Assembly: GCA_041260205.1 (NCBI GenBank)
Contig: CM083805.1
Span: 496,001 to 560,000 of the forward strand
DNA from: Tritrichomonas foetus
Taxonomy: Eukaryota
DNA: 64,000 nt
Direction of reading: 5' to 3'
Shown here: in pieces, positions 21,204-32,098 of the stretch
Layout of the letters: every line of letters starts with the position of its first letter
How positions within the stretch are numbered: position 1 is the stretch's first letter
Notes under the pieces: model-generated
Seen by the model: the letters and a program-made list of their open reading frames with translations, nothing else
The model's database searches: none
Told to the model about the DNA's origin: nothing
Position numbers and translations under genes: made by a program

Positions 21204-23549
21204 TTAATGAGAATTAAGTGTTTCTGCAAGTTCTGAAAAATTAGGACGATCATCTGGATCTAATGAAATACACGAAAGAATCATCTTTTGATAGAATTGA
21301 TTAATTGAAGCAGGAAGATGAATTTTTTTTCCCTTAATTACATCAATAAGGGAAATTTTTGGAGGTGATCCATGCGTTAAAACAAACAATAATATTAAAC
21401 CAAAAGCATAAACATCAACTTTATTGGTATAATGTTCATCCTCACAATGCTGTTCGGGCGACATATATGCAAACGTACCAATATGAATTGTATGTGTGTG
21501 TTCTTCAGCAAGAGTTGAAATTCCAAAATCACAAATTTTTACATGTTTTTCAGAATCAAGTAAAATGTTTTCTGGTTTCAAATCTCGATGAATTAATCCA
21601 CAATGATGAATGTAAGACATTGCTTCGGCAATTTCTATGATAATCTGTTTTATTTCATTATTTGTCAAAGTTTGAATACAATTCTTCAAATTATGTGGAC
21701 AATACTCAAGTAAAATTGATGGAGGATGATCATGATCACCATAACAAATTCCATATGTTTTTATGATATTTGGATGCTGAATATTACATATAATTTCATA
21801 TTCATTCATAAATCTCCGAACTTTATCAAAATCATGTTCACTTTGCTCTTGAATCTTGAGAACTTTTAAAGCATACCAATTTCCATTAGAAACTTGATAA
21901 ACATCAGAAGAACCACCATTACCAATTGTTTTAATCCTTTGAAAATTATCAATTTCATCTTGTGACATAATTTTCGTCGTTAATTCATCAACAGAAACGG
22001 TTTGATGTTGATTGTCTTGAGTTTTTTCTGTTTCAATAATCTTTTCTTGATTGATTGAATTTTTCAATATTTTTGGTTTTTTAATCTTTTGTGTTCTAGA
22101 TTTGTTTAAATGCTCAATTTTAGAATTAGGATTTTCTTCTTGAACAGTTCTTTTTACTTCATTAGTTTTGTATTTTTTGTCATTAATAGAAATTTTTTGA
22201 TTTTGATTCTGATTTTCTTGAGTTTTTTCAACTTTATTCATTTTTTCTTGATTGATTGAATTCTTCGATATTTTTGGTTTTTTAATCTTTTGGGTTCTAG
22301 ATTTGTTTAAAGGCTCAATTTTAGAATTAAGATTTTCTTCTTGAACAGTTCTTTTTACTTCATTATTTGTTAATTTTTCATGGGATATTTTAGGTTGGGT
22401 TGGCTTTGTTGTTTGGTTGGATTGTCCCTGATAATGTAACACACAATATTCTTTCAGTCTTTTCTGAAGTTCAATAGTTCCTGCGATTTTAAGTGGTTCA
22501 TCTCCAACTTCTACAATTGTAACATCTTGACCACAGTGAGCTGCAATAGCCCCCTCGATCTTTTTCGATTTCGGGGATCTTTTTGAGAAAAAACTTTTCT
22601 TTCCAAGCATAGTTTCTCCAAATTCTCCATACCCAAAACCCCAGACATGACCAGTTGAATCGATAAGGATTTTATGAGAATATTGCATATCAATATCAAT
22701 AATTGTTTTGTTTTTATAAACTGAAGGACATATAAACTTGTTAAATTCATCGTCAGGCGATTCAATTCCTTTACCAAATTTATCGAAAAGAAATGTTGAT
22801 GAGGAAAACAATCGATTATCTTCAGTAAGAAGTAAGAAATCAGAGAAACAACCCGCAACTTTCCGAATTTTCACACCTTGAAGAGCTTCAATTGGTTTGA
22901 AATCATCTTCACAATCTACAAGATGATAATTATAATTATTATTCTGATTATAATATTTTCTGTCCTGTTTCAATTGTTTCATATTCATTCCATAAGCTTC
23001 ACCTGACGATGTAATCAAAAAGCATATGTTTAATGTTGATAAAATTTGTTTTGGTAAACCAAAGTGATAAGGGCCAAATTTTTTGATATATTTGATTGTT
23101 TGATCAGAATAGTTGCACCAAAAAATTGAACCACTCTCTCCTAAAATCCATGGATCGTCGAAGCCAAATAGCCCAACTGCACGTTCACCAATTTTAACTT
23201 CTAAAAGTGAAATGTTCGTTGTCTTTTCATAATAAAGATCTGATGTAATAAAAACTTTCCTTTCATCATTCATAAAAAGTGTGAATTCATTACCACATTT
23301 TAAATCAATGATGTTTGGTAAGCCCACTAGCTTCATTGGTATTTCCAAACCCTCATAAGAAGATATACGTTTCATTATTCCCCATCCAAAAACCGTTCCA
23401 TCTTTGCAAAGTGCAGCACAATGATCCCACCCAACTGATATACAGACTAGACTCTCAGGATCAAAATTTTTAATTGGAGAAGGGGTTAAACAGTCACCAA
23501 ATCTCCCAAGTTGCCCAGTACGGGTTGATCCTGCCGACACAATGCTCAT
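21204..23549 (-). CDS. RCC1-repeat + linker + TKL-like protein kinase
   Basis: GQLGR, ISVGWDHCAAL, KCGNEFTLF and GHVWGFG RCC1 motifs; kinase GNGGSSDV, ALK, HRDLKPEN, DFG, YMSPE. Start chosen by alignment with the paralog (alternative ATG 23579). Confidence 0.9.
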   Translation of the reverse strand: MSIVSAGSTRTGQLGRFGDCLTPSPIKNFDPESLVCISVGWDHCAALCKDGTVFGWGIMKRISSYEGLEIPMKLVGLPNIIDLKCGNEFTLFMNDERKVFITSDLYYEKTTNISLLEVKIGERAVGLFGFDDPWILGESGSIFWCNYSDQTIKYIKKFGPYHFGLPKQILSTLNICFLITSSGEAYGMNMKQLKQDRKYYNQNNNYNYHLVDCEDDFKPIEALQGVKIRKVAGCFSDFLLLTEDNRLFSSSTFLFDKFGKGIESPDDEFNKFICPSVYKNKTIIDIDMQYSHKILIDSTGHVWGFGYGEFGETMLGKKSFFSKRSPKSKKIEGAIAAHCGQDVTIVEVGDEPLKIAGTIELQKRLKEYCVLHYQGQSNQTTKPTQPKISHEKLTNNEVKRTVQEENLNSKIEPLNKSRTQKIKKPKISKNSINQEKMNKVEKTQENQNQNQKISINDKKYKTNEVKRTVQEENPNSKIEHLNKSRTQKIKKPKILKNSINQEKIIETEKTQDNQHQTVSVDELTTKIMSQDEIDNFQRIKTIGNGGSSDVYQVSNGNWYALKVLKIQEQSEHDFDKVRRFMNEYEIICNIQHPNIIKTYGICYGDHDHPPSILLEYCPHNLKNCIQTLTNNEIKQIIIEIAEAMSYIHHCGLIHRDLKPENILLDSEKHVKICDFGISTLAEEHTHTIHIGTFAYMSPEQHCEDEHYTNKVDVYAFGLILLFVLTHGSPPKISLIDVIKGKKIHLPASINQFYQKMILSCISLDPDDRPNFSELAETLNSH
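22004..22364. repeat. Intragenic 201-bp-period duplication (67 aa) in the RCC1-kinase linker
   Basis: NEVKRTVQEEN(L/P)NSKIE(P/H)LNKSRTQKIKKPKI(S/L)KNSINQEK occurs twice; tgaacagttctttttacttcatta at 22141 and 22342. Confidence 0.9.
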
Positions 23550-23940
23550 TTTTCTATGTGTCACTCTTTTCCTCATGAATTGTTTTGCCACTTTTCAATA
23601 GAACTTTTTCAGAAGGTCAATCAGATGAAAGCAATTTCCTATTATCATTATATACCTATGTTTGTAAAGGATATTTTGGTTGTAGAAGTTGAGAAATGAA
23701 ATATCATCAATTTGAACATGCCTAATGAATTAATCAAGTAATCTATACATGAATAAAATGGATATTCAAGAAGAATAGATAGCAATTGTTTTTCAATACA
23801 TGAGAATCTAATGATAATCAAAATCTTTTTTAGAAACTCTGGAAACTCAATATTTATTCTTTCTAGCAATAATTTCATTTTTAAAAAGTTTACTTCTATA
23901 GTAAAGGAAAGTAGATATAAGTAAGAAATTTACAAAAACA

Positions 23941-23958
23941 AACCAACAACAACAACAA

Positions 23959-24009
<51 letters not shown>
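23941..24009. repeat. (AAC)n microsatellite running into a ~50-nt poly(A)
   Basis: Directly visible between the two RCC1-kinase genes. Confidence 0.9.
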
Positions 24010-24011
<2 letters not shown>

Positions 24012-24207
24012 TTGAAAACAAACGAAGGATATAATATCATGATATGTGAACTTTAAAAAATGAATTTATATCTATTCTCAAAAGTTTAAGGATAATAATA
24101 TTCTTCTAAGAACAAAATTTTGATCAAGTTCCTATAATACGCATTTTAGAATACTTTTTATTTAAATTGAAAGAAGATACGAACAAATTTGATCTGAGTA
24201 TCTGATT

Positions 24208-26430
24208 TTATTTCGATGATGAAAGCAATATGTGAAGCTCAGAAAAATCTGGTCGGTCTTTTGGAGCAAAAGATAAACATTTTTTAATCATGCGTCGATA
24301 AAAATCTGGAATCCGTGTTGGAAGATGAATTTGTTTACCTTTAACAATATCACCAACAGAAATATTGGGAATTGAACCATTGGTCAAAATGAAATAAAGA
24401 ATAATGCCAAAGGCATAAACATCAACTTTGTTAGTATAATGTTTATCACCATTTAATTGTTCTGGCGACATATATGCAAGAGTCCCAATACCACCTGTAT
24501 GTGATGTATCACTTGATAATGTTGAGATTCTAAAATCACAAATTTTAACATGATTTTCAGAATCAAGTAAAATGTTTTCTGGCTTTAAATCTCGATGAAT
24601 TAATCCTCTTTCATGAATATATGACATCCCTTCAATGATTTCAGAAATAATTTGGTATCTATTTTCATCATTCAATTTTTTAACTCTTTTCTTTAAATTA
24701 AATGGACAATATTCTAATAAAATTGATGGTGGATTCTTTTCATTTCCATAACAAATTCCATACGTTTTAATAATATTTTTATGTGATATTTGACATATTA
24801 TTTCATATTCTTTCATAAAATATTGAAGCTTTTCGAATTCTGTTTTGAACTTTTGTTTATTTGTTTCTTCTTCACCATCATAACTTTGATTACTGTGATA
24901 ACTATCGGATTCACTATCTTCTTCATCAATATTCTCCAGTTTCAAAATTTTTAATGCATAAAATTGTTCTTGTGAAACTTTGACAACATTGGCTGATGAT
25001 CCACTTCCAATAGTTTTAATAATATTGAAACTTTCTATTTCTTTCTGTGACATAATTTTTGGTGATGATGTAGAAATTTGACTTTGTATTTCGTTTGTAA
25101 GTTTCTGAATTTGCTGATGAAGTTCGCTAATCTCCACATTTTTATATTCATTTTCTGTTTTGAGTTCTTCATACTGCTTTTGAATTGTAGAAAAGGATCG
25201 AATTGTTTCTTTAAGTGATGATATTTTTTGTTTTGATTTTAAAAGCTTTTCTTCTAAATCTCGAATTTTATTTAATTGAGACGAATCATGAATTCTCAAA
25301 TTATCATTAAATTTCATAGGATTTCTTGAAACCAATTCATTGTTTTCTTGGAAATTATGAGGCTTATGATTTGAATTTAATTCTAAATTCAGTGTCCCAG
25401 CCTCTGGAAGGGCATACTCTCCAACTTCAACAAGTGAAAAATCGGATCCGCAATGAACAGCAACTGCTTTTTCAATTAAATTGGATACAAAACTAGTGTC
25501 ATCTTTCAGCAGTGTTTGTCCATATTCACCATTTCCGAAGCCCCAAACATGACCTGAAGAGTCTACACATAGAGAATGGTTTTTTGCAGTAGCAATGTCA
25601 ATAAATTTAGCATCTCTACAAATGTTATGAATATTAAAACCTGTAAAATAACTCTTGTAGAAATTACTAAACATCCCTGTTATTCCCCACTTGAAGACTT
25701 GATTGTCTTCTGAAATGGCAAGATAATGAAGTTCGTTTCCAACAACCTTTCTGATTTTCACACCCCAAAGACTTTTAATCGGTACAAATTCTTTCACATT
25801 TTTCGGAACAATCTGGAAAATCGGATGATCATTTTTGGGAATAAGATTTGACATGGACATTCCTAATGCTTCACCTGATGAAGTTATTAAAACAACAGAA
25901 TGCCAAGTAGAAACAATTTGTTTTGGAACACCAAATGAATATGGGCCAAATTTGACAACATTGTGGAAATTTTGATTATTATATTCATAAAAATAAATTG
26001 CTCCACTCTCACCAACGATCCAAGGATATTCATAACCAAACAGGGCAACAGCTGGTTCGGGAATTTTTATCCCAGTGAAATGATTTTTTTCATAGTATGA
26101 TGAAATAAGAACTTTTTTTTCTTTTGTAAGAAAGAGAGTGAAATAATCGCCACATTTAACATCAATTATAAATGGAAGTCCTTTAATTTTGGTTGGAATG
26201 TCGGCATCTTCTTCTTCAAAGCTGAAACTTCCATTTTTCTGCCCCCACCAAAGGACTGACCCATCTTTACAGAGTACAACACTATGTATATTCCCATTTG
26301 ATAAACAAGAAATTTGGGAAGTTGGAAGTGCCACAGGAGATGGAACACTGTTGTTTCCACCGCGTCCCAGTTGGCCTTTAGTAGGATTTCCAGCCGATAA
26401 AATGGTGAAATTTCCGTCTGTATTTGTCAT
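24208..26430 (-). CDS. RCC1-repeat + coiled coil + TKL-like kinase, tandem paralog, with DFG->DFR
   Basis: Same architecture as the 21204 gene; HRDLKPEN intact; CDFRIS instead of CDFGIS. Confidence 0.9.
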   Translation of the reverse strand: MTNTDGNFTILSAGNPTKGQLGRGGNNSVPSPVALPTSQISCLSNGNIHSVVLCKDGSVLWWGQKNGSFSFEEEDADIPTKIKGLPFIIDVKCGDYFTLFLTKEKKVLISSYYEKNHFTGIKIPEPAVALFGYEYPWIVGESGAIYFYEYNNQNFHNVVKFGPYSFGVPKQIVSTWHSVVLITSSGEALGMSMSNLIPKNDHPIFQIVPKNVKEFVPIKSLWGVKIRKVVGNELHYLAISEDNQVFKWGITGMFSNFYKSYFTGFNIHNICRDAKFIDIATAKNHSLCVDSSGHVWGFGNGEYGQTLLKDDTSFVSNLIEKAVAVHCGSDFSLVEVGEYALPEAGTLNLELNSNHKPHNFQENNELVSRNPMKFNDNLRIHDSSQLNKIRDLEEKLLKSKQKISSLKETIRSFSTIQKQYEELKTENEYKNVEISELHQQIQKLTNEIQSQISTSSPKIMSQKEIESFNIIKTIGSGSSANVVKVSQEQFYALKILKLENIDEEDSESDSYHSNQSYDGEEETNKQKFKTEFEKLQYFMKEYEIICQISHKNIIKTYGICYGNEKNPPSILLEYCPFNLKKRVKKLNDENRYQIISEIIEGMSYIHERGLIHRDLKPENILLDSENHVKICDFRISTLSSDTSHTGGIGTLAYMSPEQLNGDKHYTNKVDVYAFGIILYFILTNGSIPNISVGDIVKGKQIHLPTRIPDFYRRMIKKCLSFAPKDRPDFSELHILLSSSK

Positions 26431-27105
26431 CACCAAGTTAATGACAAAAAAGTGTCAAACATGAAACTTTTGAAAAAGTTAATATGCATTTTTCTCATTT
26501 TTTATTCATTTATAGGATCAAGAAGGCCTTCTCTCTTAATGATTACCGAGAAACATCAGTCAGTAATGCTGACCCCTTTTTAGTATTACGGAAAATGATC
26601 GAAGATTAATATCAATGAATGAATGAATTTTCTTATAAATTCATTTTTTATATACCCCAATGAATACACTAATATAAGTTCATGAATATTATTCTAACTA
26701 TAGATCGGGTGTTTATATAAAGAAGCATATATGGGCGTTTATGAGAATTTAAAAGGTTATGGCAACTGAAAAGAGCCTTAATCTAAACTACTGAATGAAC
26801 GAAAATCTGCATTGCGGACCAAATCATTTATTTTCATTTTTATCGACTAATATTTCCCAACTTAACAGTTGATATATCTAATCAAACAAACACATTTTAC
26901 TTTTATTTTTAGACGAATGCACTTTTGGCATTTCATTTTTCATACAAAAATGTTATTGATAGATGATATTAGAAATCTTTTACTTTTTTTCAATCCAAAA
27001 ATCAAAAAATCGAATTGAAAAATGTTTAAAAATTAAAGAAGCGATTTGGTTTAACAGAAGATGTGAAAATTGCATTGATTGTCAAGATAATATTTATTAT
27101 TTGAT

Positions 27106-28635
27106 TTATTGATGAGCATAGTTGATTTCAAGAAACTCAAGGCGCTTTAAATGGACTTTTTCTAGTCTCTGAGAAAATTGTTCAAAATTCTTCTGTTCAT
27201 TTGGACTCCAGGCAACTTCACAAAGAGCACAAATTCGTGGATAAACGTGCCATTCAATATCTCGATAGCTATACATTCTTTCTGTCCAACAATTTGCTTG
27301 ACAACCAAGGATTTTTTCTTTGCTATCAATTTGAGATGTTGGGTTAAAAGCATAAACTACATCAATTGGTGACATTCCACCAATATATTCATAAGGATCA
27401 TTATTTGAAAATTGTTTATGATCAAAATAGAAACATTCCATTGGTGTCATTACAACATGATAACCTTTATCAGCAGCAATTTTTCCAGTCTTTGCAGAAT
27501 TCCATGCCATTATTGCATTATCATTTGGCAATTCACCTTCACTCATTATTTCATCCCATCCAATCATTAATCTACCATTCTCTTTAATGAATTTGGCAAT
27601 TTCGATACAAAAATGAGCATGATATTTTTTAAAGTCATTTTTGGGAATTTGTAAAGATTCCATATTCTTGATACATTTTTCACATTTCATCCAATGTTCA
27701 GGTAAAACTTCATCACCACCAATATGAACGAATTTACTATCAAATATTTCAAATACCTCAAGTAGAATATCTTTGAAAAACTGAATTGTATCAGGATTTC
27801 CTAAACAAGAAGTCGGTTCGAAGATTCCCCAACGATTTTCAACATTAAATGGTCTACCAATGTCACCTCCTAAATCAGGATAAGCTGCTAAAACTGCACA
27901 AGAATGTCCAGGCATTTCAATTTCAGGAACAACTGTTATACATAAAGTTTTGGCAAAATTAACAATTTCTTTCATATCAGATATTGTATAAAGGAAAGGT
28001 CCATATTTCGAACCATCTTTTTCAATTCGTTGACTTGAAATTGTATTCAAAAGTGGATATTTCTTACTTTCAAATCTCCAGCCTTGATCATCAGTCAAAT
28101 GCCAATGGAAAACGTTTAATTTGTGAATTGACATTCCAACCAAGTATTTTTTAATATCAGAAAGTGAAGTAAAATGACGTGAACAATCTAAATGCATTCC
28201 ACGCCAAGCAAAACGTGGATAATCATCAATTGTAACACATTTCGCTTTCCATTCAACATTTTGAATGTGTTTGGAAGAAAAAACTTGTGGTGGAAGAAGC
28301 TGAAGAAAAGTTTGAAGAGCATAAAAATGGCCATGGTAAGTTGATGCTTTTGATAGAAATGATGTTTGTGTGATTTGTAAATGATAGTGTTCTTTTTGTA
28401 AATTTTCATCTTTGATGAATTGAAAAGTTGCATTTTGTGATTCATTTTTATTCAATTTATTGTAATGAAATCCAGTAGACACTAAAAGATGCTCATCTAT
28501 GAATTTTTGAATAAACTCAATATTTTCAATTTGGTCGTCAAAGAAAATAGTGAAATCATCTGTAAGAACAAATGATCCTTCATCTATTTTGAGATTAACA
28601 GGTAACGGAATTATCGAGGGAATGTCGTTTTCCAT
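27106..28635 (-). CDS. Beta-N-acetylhexosaminidase, glycoside hydrolase family 20
   Basis: DYPRFAWRGMHLDCSRHF, KLNVFHWHLTDDQGWR, VVPEIEMPGH, catalytic HIGGDE, GWDE, WTE, YPR. Confidence 0.96.
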   Translation of the reverse strand: MENDIPSIIPLPVNLKIDEGSFVLTDDFTIFFDDQIENIEFIQKFIDEHLLVSTGFHYNKLNKNESQNATFQFIKDENLQKEHYHLQITQTSFLSKASTYHGHFYALQTFLQLLPPQVFSSKHIQNVEWKAKCVTIDDYPRFAWRGMHLDCSRHFTSLSDIKKYLVGMSIHKLNVFHWHLTDDQGWRFESKKYPLLNTISSQRIEKDGSKYGPFLYTISDMKEIVNFAKTLCITVVPEIEMPGHSCAVLAAYPDLGGDIGRPFNVENRWGIFEPTSCLGNPDTIQFFKDILLEVFEIFDSKFVHIGGDEVLPEHWMKCEKCIKNMESLQIPKNDFKKYHAHFCIEIAKFIKENGRLMIGWDEIMSEGELPNDNAIMAWNSAKTGKIAADKGYHVVMTPMECFYFDHKQFSNNDPYEYIGGMSPIDVVYAFNPTSQIDSKEKILGCQANCWTERMYSYRDIEWHVYPRICALCEVAWSPNEQKNFEQFSQRLEKVHLKRLEFLEINYAHQ

Positions 28636-28953
28636 TCGAGAAAATAATAGGAAGATAATTTTTTCAGTACTTATTTGGTTCTATAATTCTATTGTCAAGA
28701 CCATATAAATAATCAAATTGCCACTTCACATCACCAATTATGTTTGAGTGGTGAAACAATTTGTCAATATTTATTATCGTCATCTTATTTATCAAATTGA
28801 ATATATAAGACCATATATATATTGAAATAGTTTTATCAATTGGTGATGTATCAATACGAGATAATAAGATCACTATTTTTTTCTGATGTTTTCATTGAAA
28901 GTAGAATTTTGAAAGAAATAATATCAAAATTCTCAAAGTCATTCAATATTGTG

Positions 28954-31746
28954 ATGAATTCGAATAAAGATTTTATGATGGAAACAGTGACTACTTTTCG
29001 CGCACTGCCAACAGCCAAGAAGCAATGGATTAGAGACAAACAAGCAAAAAAAGACTTTTTAGTATACACTTTAAACGAAATCATTCATAGTGCATCAATT
29101 TTAGGAGAGAGTTTTTCTCATTTAAATCATCCTTGTTTATTAAAATATTCACACTCAACTTCAAATCAAATTTTCTTTAGGTATCCAACAAATATGGTTC
29201 AACTGAACAGATCTCCCGATTTAGACCAAACAGCACAACTCAAAATAATTATTGGTTTAGCATGTGCTTTAAATGAATTACATAAGAATAATATTGTACA
29301 TGGAAACTTATCATTTTCATCAGTTTTTGTCAACAATAAAGGAAAAATTCAACTTTCTGATTTTGGATTGTTTGGAAACATTCCAAATCACAATTTGAAT
29401 CATAGTTTTCATCTAAGATTTCAAGCACCAGAATTGCAATTTGAAGCTCAACAGCCAACTTCAAAAAGTGATGTTTATTCCTTTGGTGTTTTTGTTTATA
29501 AATTAGTAGCAAATGAAAACCCTTTTAATCGTAACATTAGAAACTCTGTTCTTGAGAGAGGTCCACCAATTCATAATGGTAAAATTCCAGAAAAATTAAT
29601 GTCATTTATTCTATTGTGTTTTCAAAAAGTCCCAAAATTAAGGCCATCAATGGAAGAAATCACAAAATTCCTAATGGAAGATGGAATGGATTTACCTAAA
29701 GCCTCAAATCGAATCATTGAAAAATACAAAAAAATTGTCGTCCCAAAAAACATTTTATATTCAATCATTGATAAACGTGCAAAAGAATATCAAAAGAAAG
29801 CCGATAAAGGAGAAGGTCCTGCAATGGTAAGATGTGGTGATCTATATTTGGAAGAAGAAGATTTAGAAAATGCAGCAAAATATTATCAAATGGCAGCTAA
29901 TATTGGAAATAGAGATGGGTTTTGGAAAATTGGTAATTTACTAGAACAAGGAAAAGGTGTTCGACAAAACAAAACTGAAGCATTTAGATACTATGAAAAA
30001 GCTTCTCGTTTAGATGCCCCTAATGGATTATATCATCATGGAAGGGTTTTAAGACTTGGTATTGGCTGTCAATGTGATAGCAAATTAGCATTAGGATATC
30101 TTCAAAGAGCAGCTAAAGCAGGTGTTAATGATTCATATTATTTGTTGAGTGAAATTGTATCTGGGAAAGAAAAGGAAGAATATTTGAAACAAGCTTCTGA
30201 TTCAGGAAATCCACAAGCGCAATATAAAGTTGGAATAAAAATGTTTAATGAAGGGAAAAAAGAAAGCAATAATGTGAAAATAAATGAAGCTATAAAATTA
30301 TTACATAATTCTGCAAAAGCAAATATTGGAGAAGGTCTACTTGAATATGGAAAATTCATTTTCCAAGGAAAACCAGAAAAAGGATTTGATATGATTTATA
30401 AAGCAGCTCATGAACATAATATTCCTGAAGCAGCTTATTTAATTGGAGAGCAGTACTTAAATGGCCAAATGCTTCCTAAAAATGAAGAGGCTGCAGCCAA
30501 ATATTTTCGAATTGCAGCAAAGAAGAGATATCCTGAGGCATTATATAGATTTGCTGTATGTTTAGAATCTGGAATTGGAACTGAAGTTAAACACTTAAAA
30601 GCCGCAAGATATCTTTCAATGGCAGCTCAAGCAAATGTATCTGCAGCTTTATTTTTAATGGGTCAAAAATATTTAGAAAAAAACCAACATGATATTGCCT
30701 TAAATTATATAAAACAAGCAGCAGATTTGAAACTCCCAGAAGCTGTTCAAAAATATGCAGAATTGACAATGACTTCAAGCAACACAAACCCTTTACTAAC
30801 GTCAGCACCATTGTCATTAAATGCTTTTCACACTAATGCGAACATGAATTCTGCATCTGCATATAGCACAAATCCAAGACCTAATTTAAATATTGCTGCT
30901 CCAAGCTATACTAGTAATTACAATAGTAATTTCAATAGTAATTACAATAGTAATTTTTCAAGTAATTACAATAGTAATTTTTCAAGTAATTATAATAGTA
31001 ATTTTAATAATAATTTAAATAGTAATTTTACTTCAAATACCACAAAAAATGATAATCAATCTGCTGAATCGCAATTTCTACTTGGGAGAAAATTGTTAAA
31101 TAATGGAACTGATGAAAAGCAAGGATTAGAATTAATAAAGTCGGCTGCTGATAATGGGGATATTTTGGCAATGCATGAATTAGGAACAATGTATTTTTAT
31201 GGAAATCATGTTCCACAAAGTGGAGAATACTCATTATACTATTTAAGGAATGCAGCTGATAGAAATCATGTTGAATCTGCTTTAATGCTCTATCAAATGC
31301 TGAAAGATGGGCGTGGAACACAAAAAAATCTCCAGTTGGCAATTCATTATTGCAAAAAAGCAGCAAGTTTAAATAATAATCAAGCGATGTTTGAACTTGG
31401 TGCAGCATACCAACAAGGAGTTGGTGTTGTTCAAAATATAAATGAAGCAGCAAAATATTATAAACTGTCTGCTGATCTTGGAAATCAATTCGCACAATAT
31501 TCATTTGGTGCATGTTTAGAATTAGGTGCAGGAACAACAAAATCACTCCAAGAAGCTTTAAGGTATTATTCAGCATCTGCACAACAAAATATGCCCCAAT
31601 CACAATATGCAGTTGGTCGTTTTTTAGAAAGAGGTCTTGGAATTAATGAAAATCGTGAAGATGCTATTTTATATTATCGAGCTTCAGCCCAAGGTGGTTG
31701 TCAAGATGCTATTCAACGTCTTCAAGAACTCCATTTAGTTATTTAA
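28954..31746 (+). CDS. Pseudokinase + Sel1-like repeat protein
   Basis: Likely ATG at 28954 after an Inr-like TCATT; kinase C-lobe (VHGNL, SDFG, QAPE, SDVYSFG) without HRD Asp or Gly loop; numerous Sel1 repeats (A..YY..AA..G...A...LG..Y..G.G). Confidence 0.9.
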   Translation: MNSNKDFMMETVTTFRALPTAKKQWIRDKQAKKDFLVYTLNEIIHSASILGESFSHLNHPCLLKYSHSTSNQIFFRYPTNMVQLNRSPDLDQTAQLKIIIGLACALNELHKNNIVHGNLSFSSVFVNNKGKIQLSDFGLFGNIPNHNLNHSFHLRFQAPELQFEAQQPTSKSDVYSFGVFVYKLVANENPFNRNIRNSVLERGPPIHNGKIPEKLMSFILLCFQKVPKLRPSMEEITKFLMEDGMDLPKASNRIIEKYKKIVVPKNILYSIIDKRAKEYQKKADKGEGPAMVRCGDLYLEEEDLENAAKYYQMAANIGNRDGFWKIGNLLEQGKGVRQNKTEAFRYYEKASRLDAPNGLYHHGRVLRLGIGCQCDSKLALGYLQRAAKAGVNDSYYLLSEIVSGKEKEEYLKQASDSGNPQAQYKVGIKMFNEGKKESNNVKINEAIKLLHNSAKANIGEGLLEYGKFIFQGKPEKGFDMIYKAAHEHNIPEAAYLIGEQYLNGQMLPKNEEAAAKYFRIAAKKRYPEALYRFAVCLESGIGTEVKHLKAARYLSMAAQANVSAALFLMGQKYLEKNQHDIALNYIKQAADLKLPEAVQKYAELTMTSSNTNPLLTSAPLSLNAFHTNANMNSASAYSTNPRPNLNIAAPSYTSNYNSNFNSNYNSNFSSNYNSNFSSNYNSNFNNNLNSNFTSNTTKNDNQSAESQFLLGRKLLNNGTDEKQGLELIKSAADNGDILAMHELGTMYFYGNHVPQSGEYSLYYLRNAADRNHVESALMLYQMLKDGRGTQKNLQLAIHYCKKAASLNNNQAMFELGAAYQQGVGVVQNINEAAKYYKLSADLGNQFAQYSFGACLELGAGTTKSLQEALRYYSASAQQNMPQSQYAVGRFLERGLGINENREDAILYYRASAQGGCQDAIQRLQELHLVI
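30912..31030 (+). repeat. Asn/Ser-rich coding minisatellite (SNYNSNF-like units)
   Basis: Repeated agtaattacaatagtaattt units between two Sel1 blocks. Confidence 0.85.
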
Positions 31747-32028
31747 ACTTTTTTTGGCTATTTCTTTTTCTTTTTCTAAAAATGTCACAGAATTATCTTG
31801 ATATATTATTTTGAATTTAAATAAAAATTATGTCACATTTGTTAGTTGCTCATTTTATAGAATTCTTTTCGAGTTTGTATGGTATTTTACTGATTAGCTA
31901 AATGTTATTTGATTCCAATATGTTTTCACGGCTCAATGTCAAATGATTATTTCATCACTTAGGTGAAGCGATGTTATGTTTTGCCAACAATAGGTTTTTA
32001 TTAGTGACTCACTATAAATAATTTTTGA

Positions 32029-32098
32029 TTTTTAGAAAGAGGTCTTGGAATTTATGAAAATCGTGAATCAACTCGAAGTTGTTGTCAAGATGCTATTC
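32029..32098 (+). pseudogene. Short decayed duplicate of the 3' end of the Sel1 gene (31621-31715)
   Basis: tttttagaaagaggtcttggaatt(a/t)atgaaaatcgtgaa then, after a 24-nt deletion, ...gttgtcaagatgctattc. Confidence 0.85.

Noticed and set aside
23941..24009. Poly(A) as a retrotransposon/SINE tail
   Set aside because: No target-site duplication or recognisable element body found; kept only as a simple repeat.
26520..26830. Possible box C/D snoRNA (atgatt...ctga)
   Set aside because: Box C is imperfect, there is no terminal stem, and no guide complementarity could be verified.
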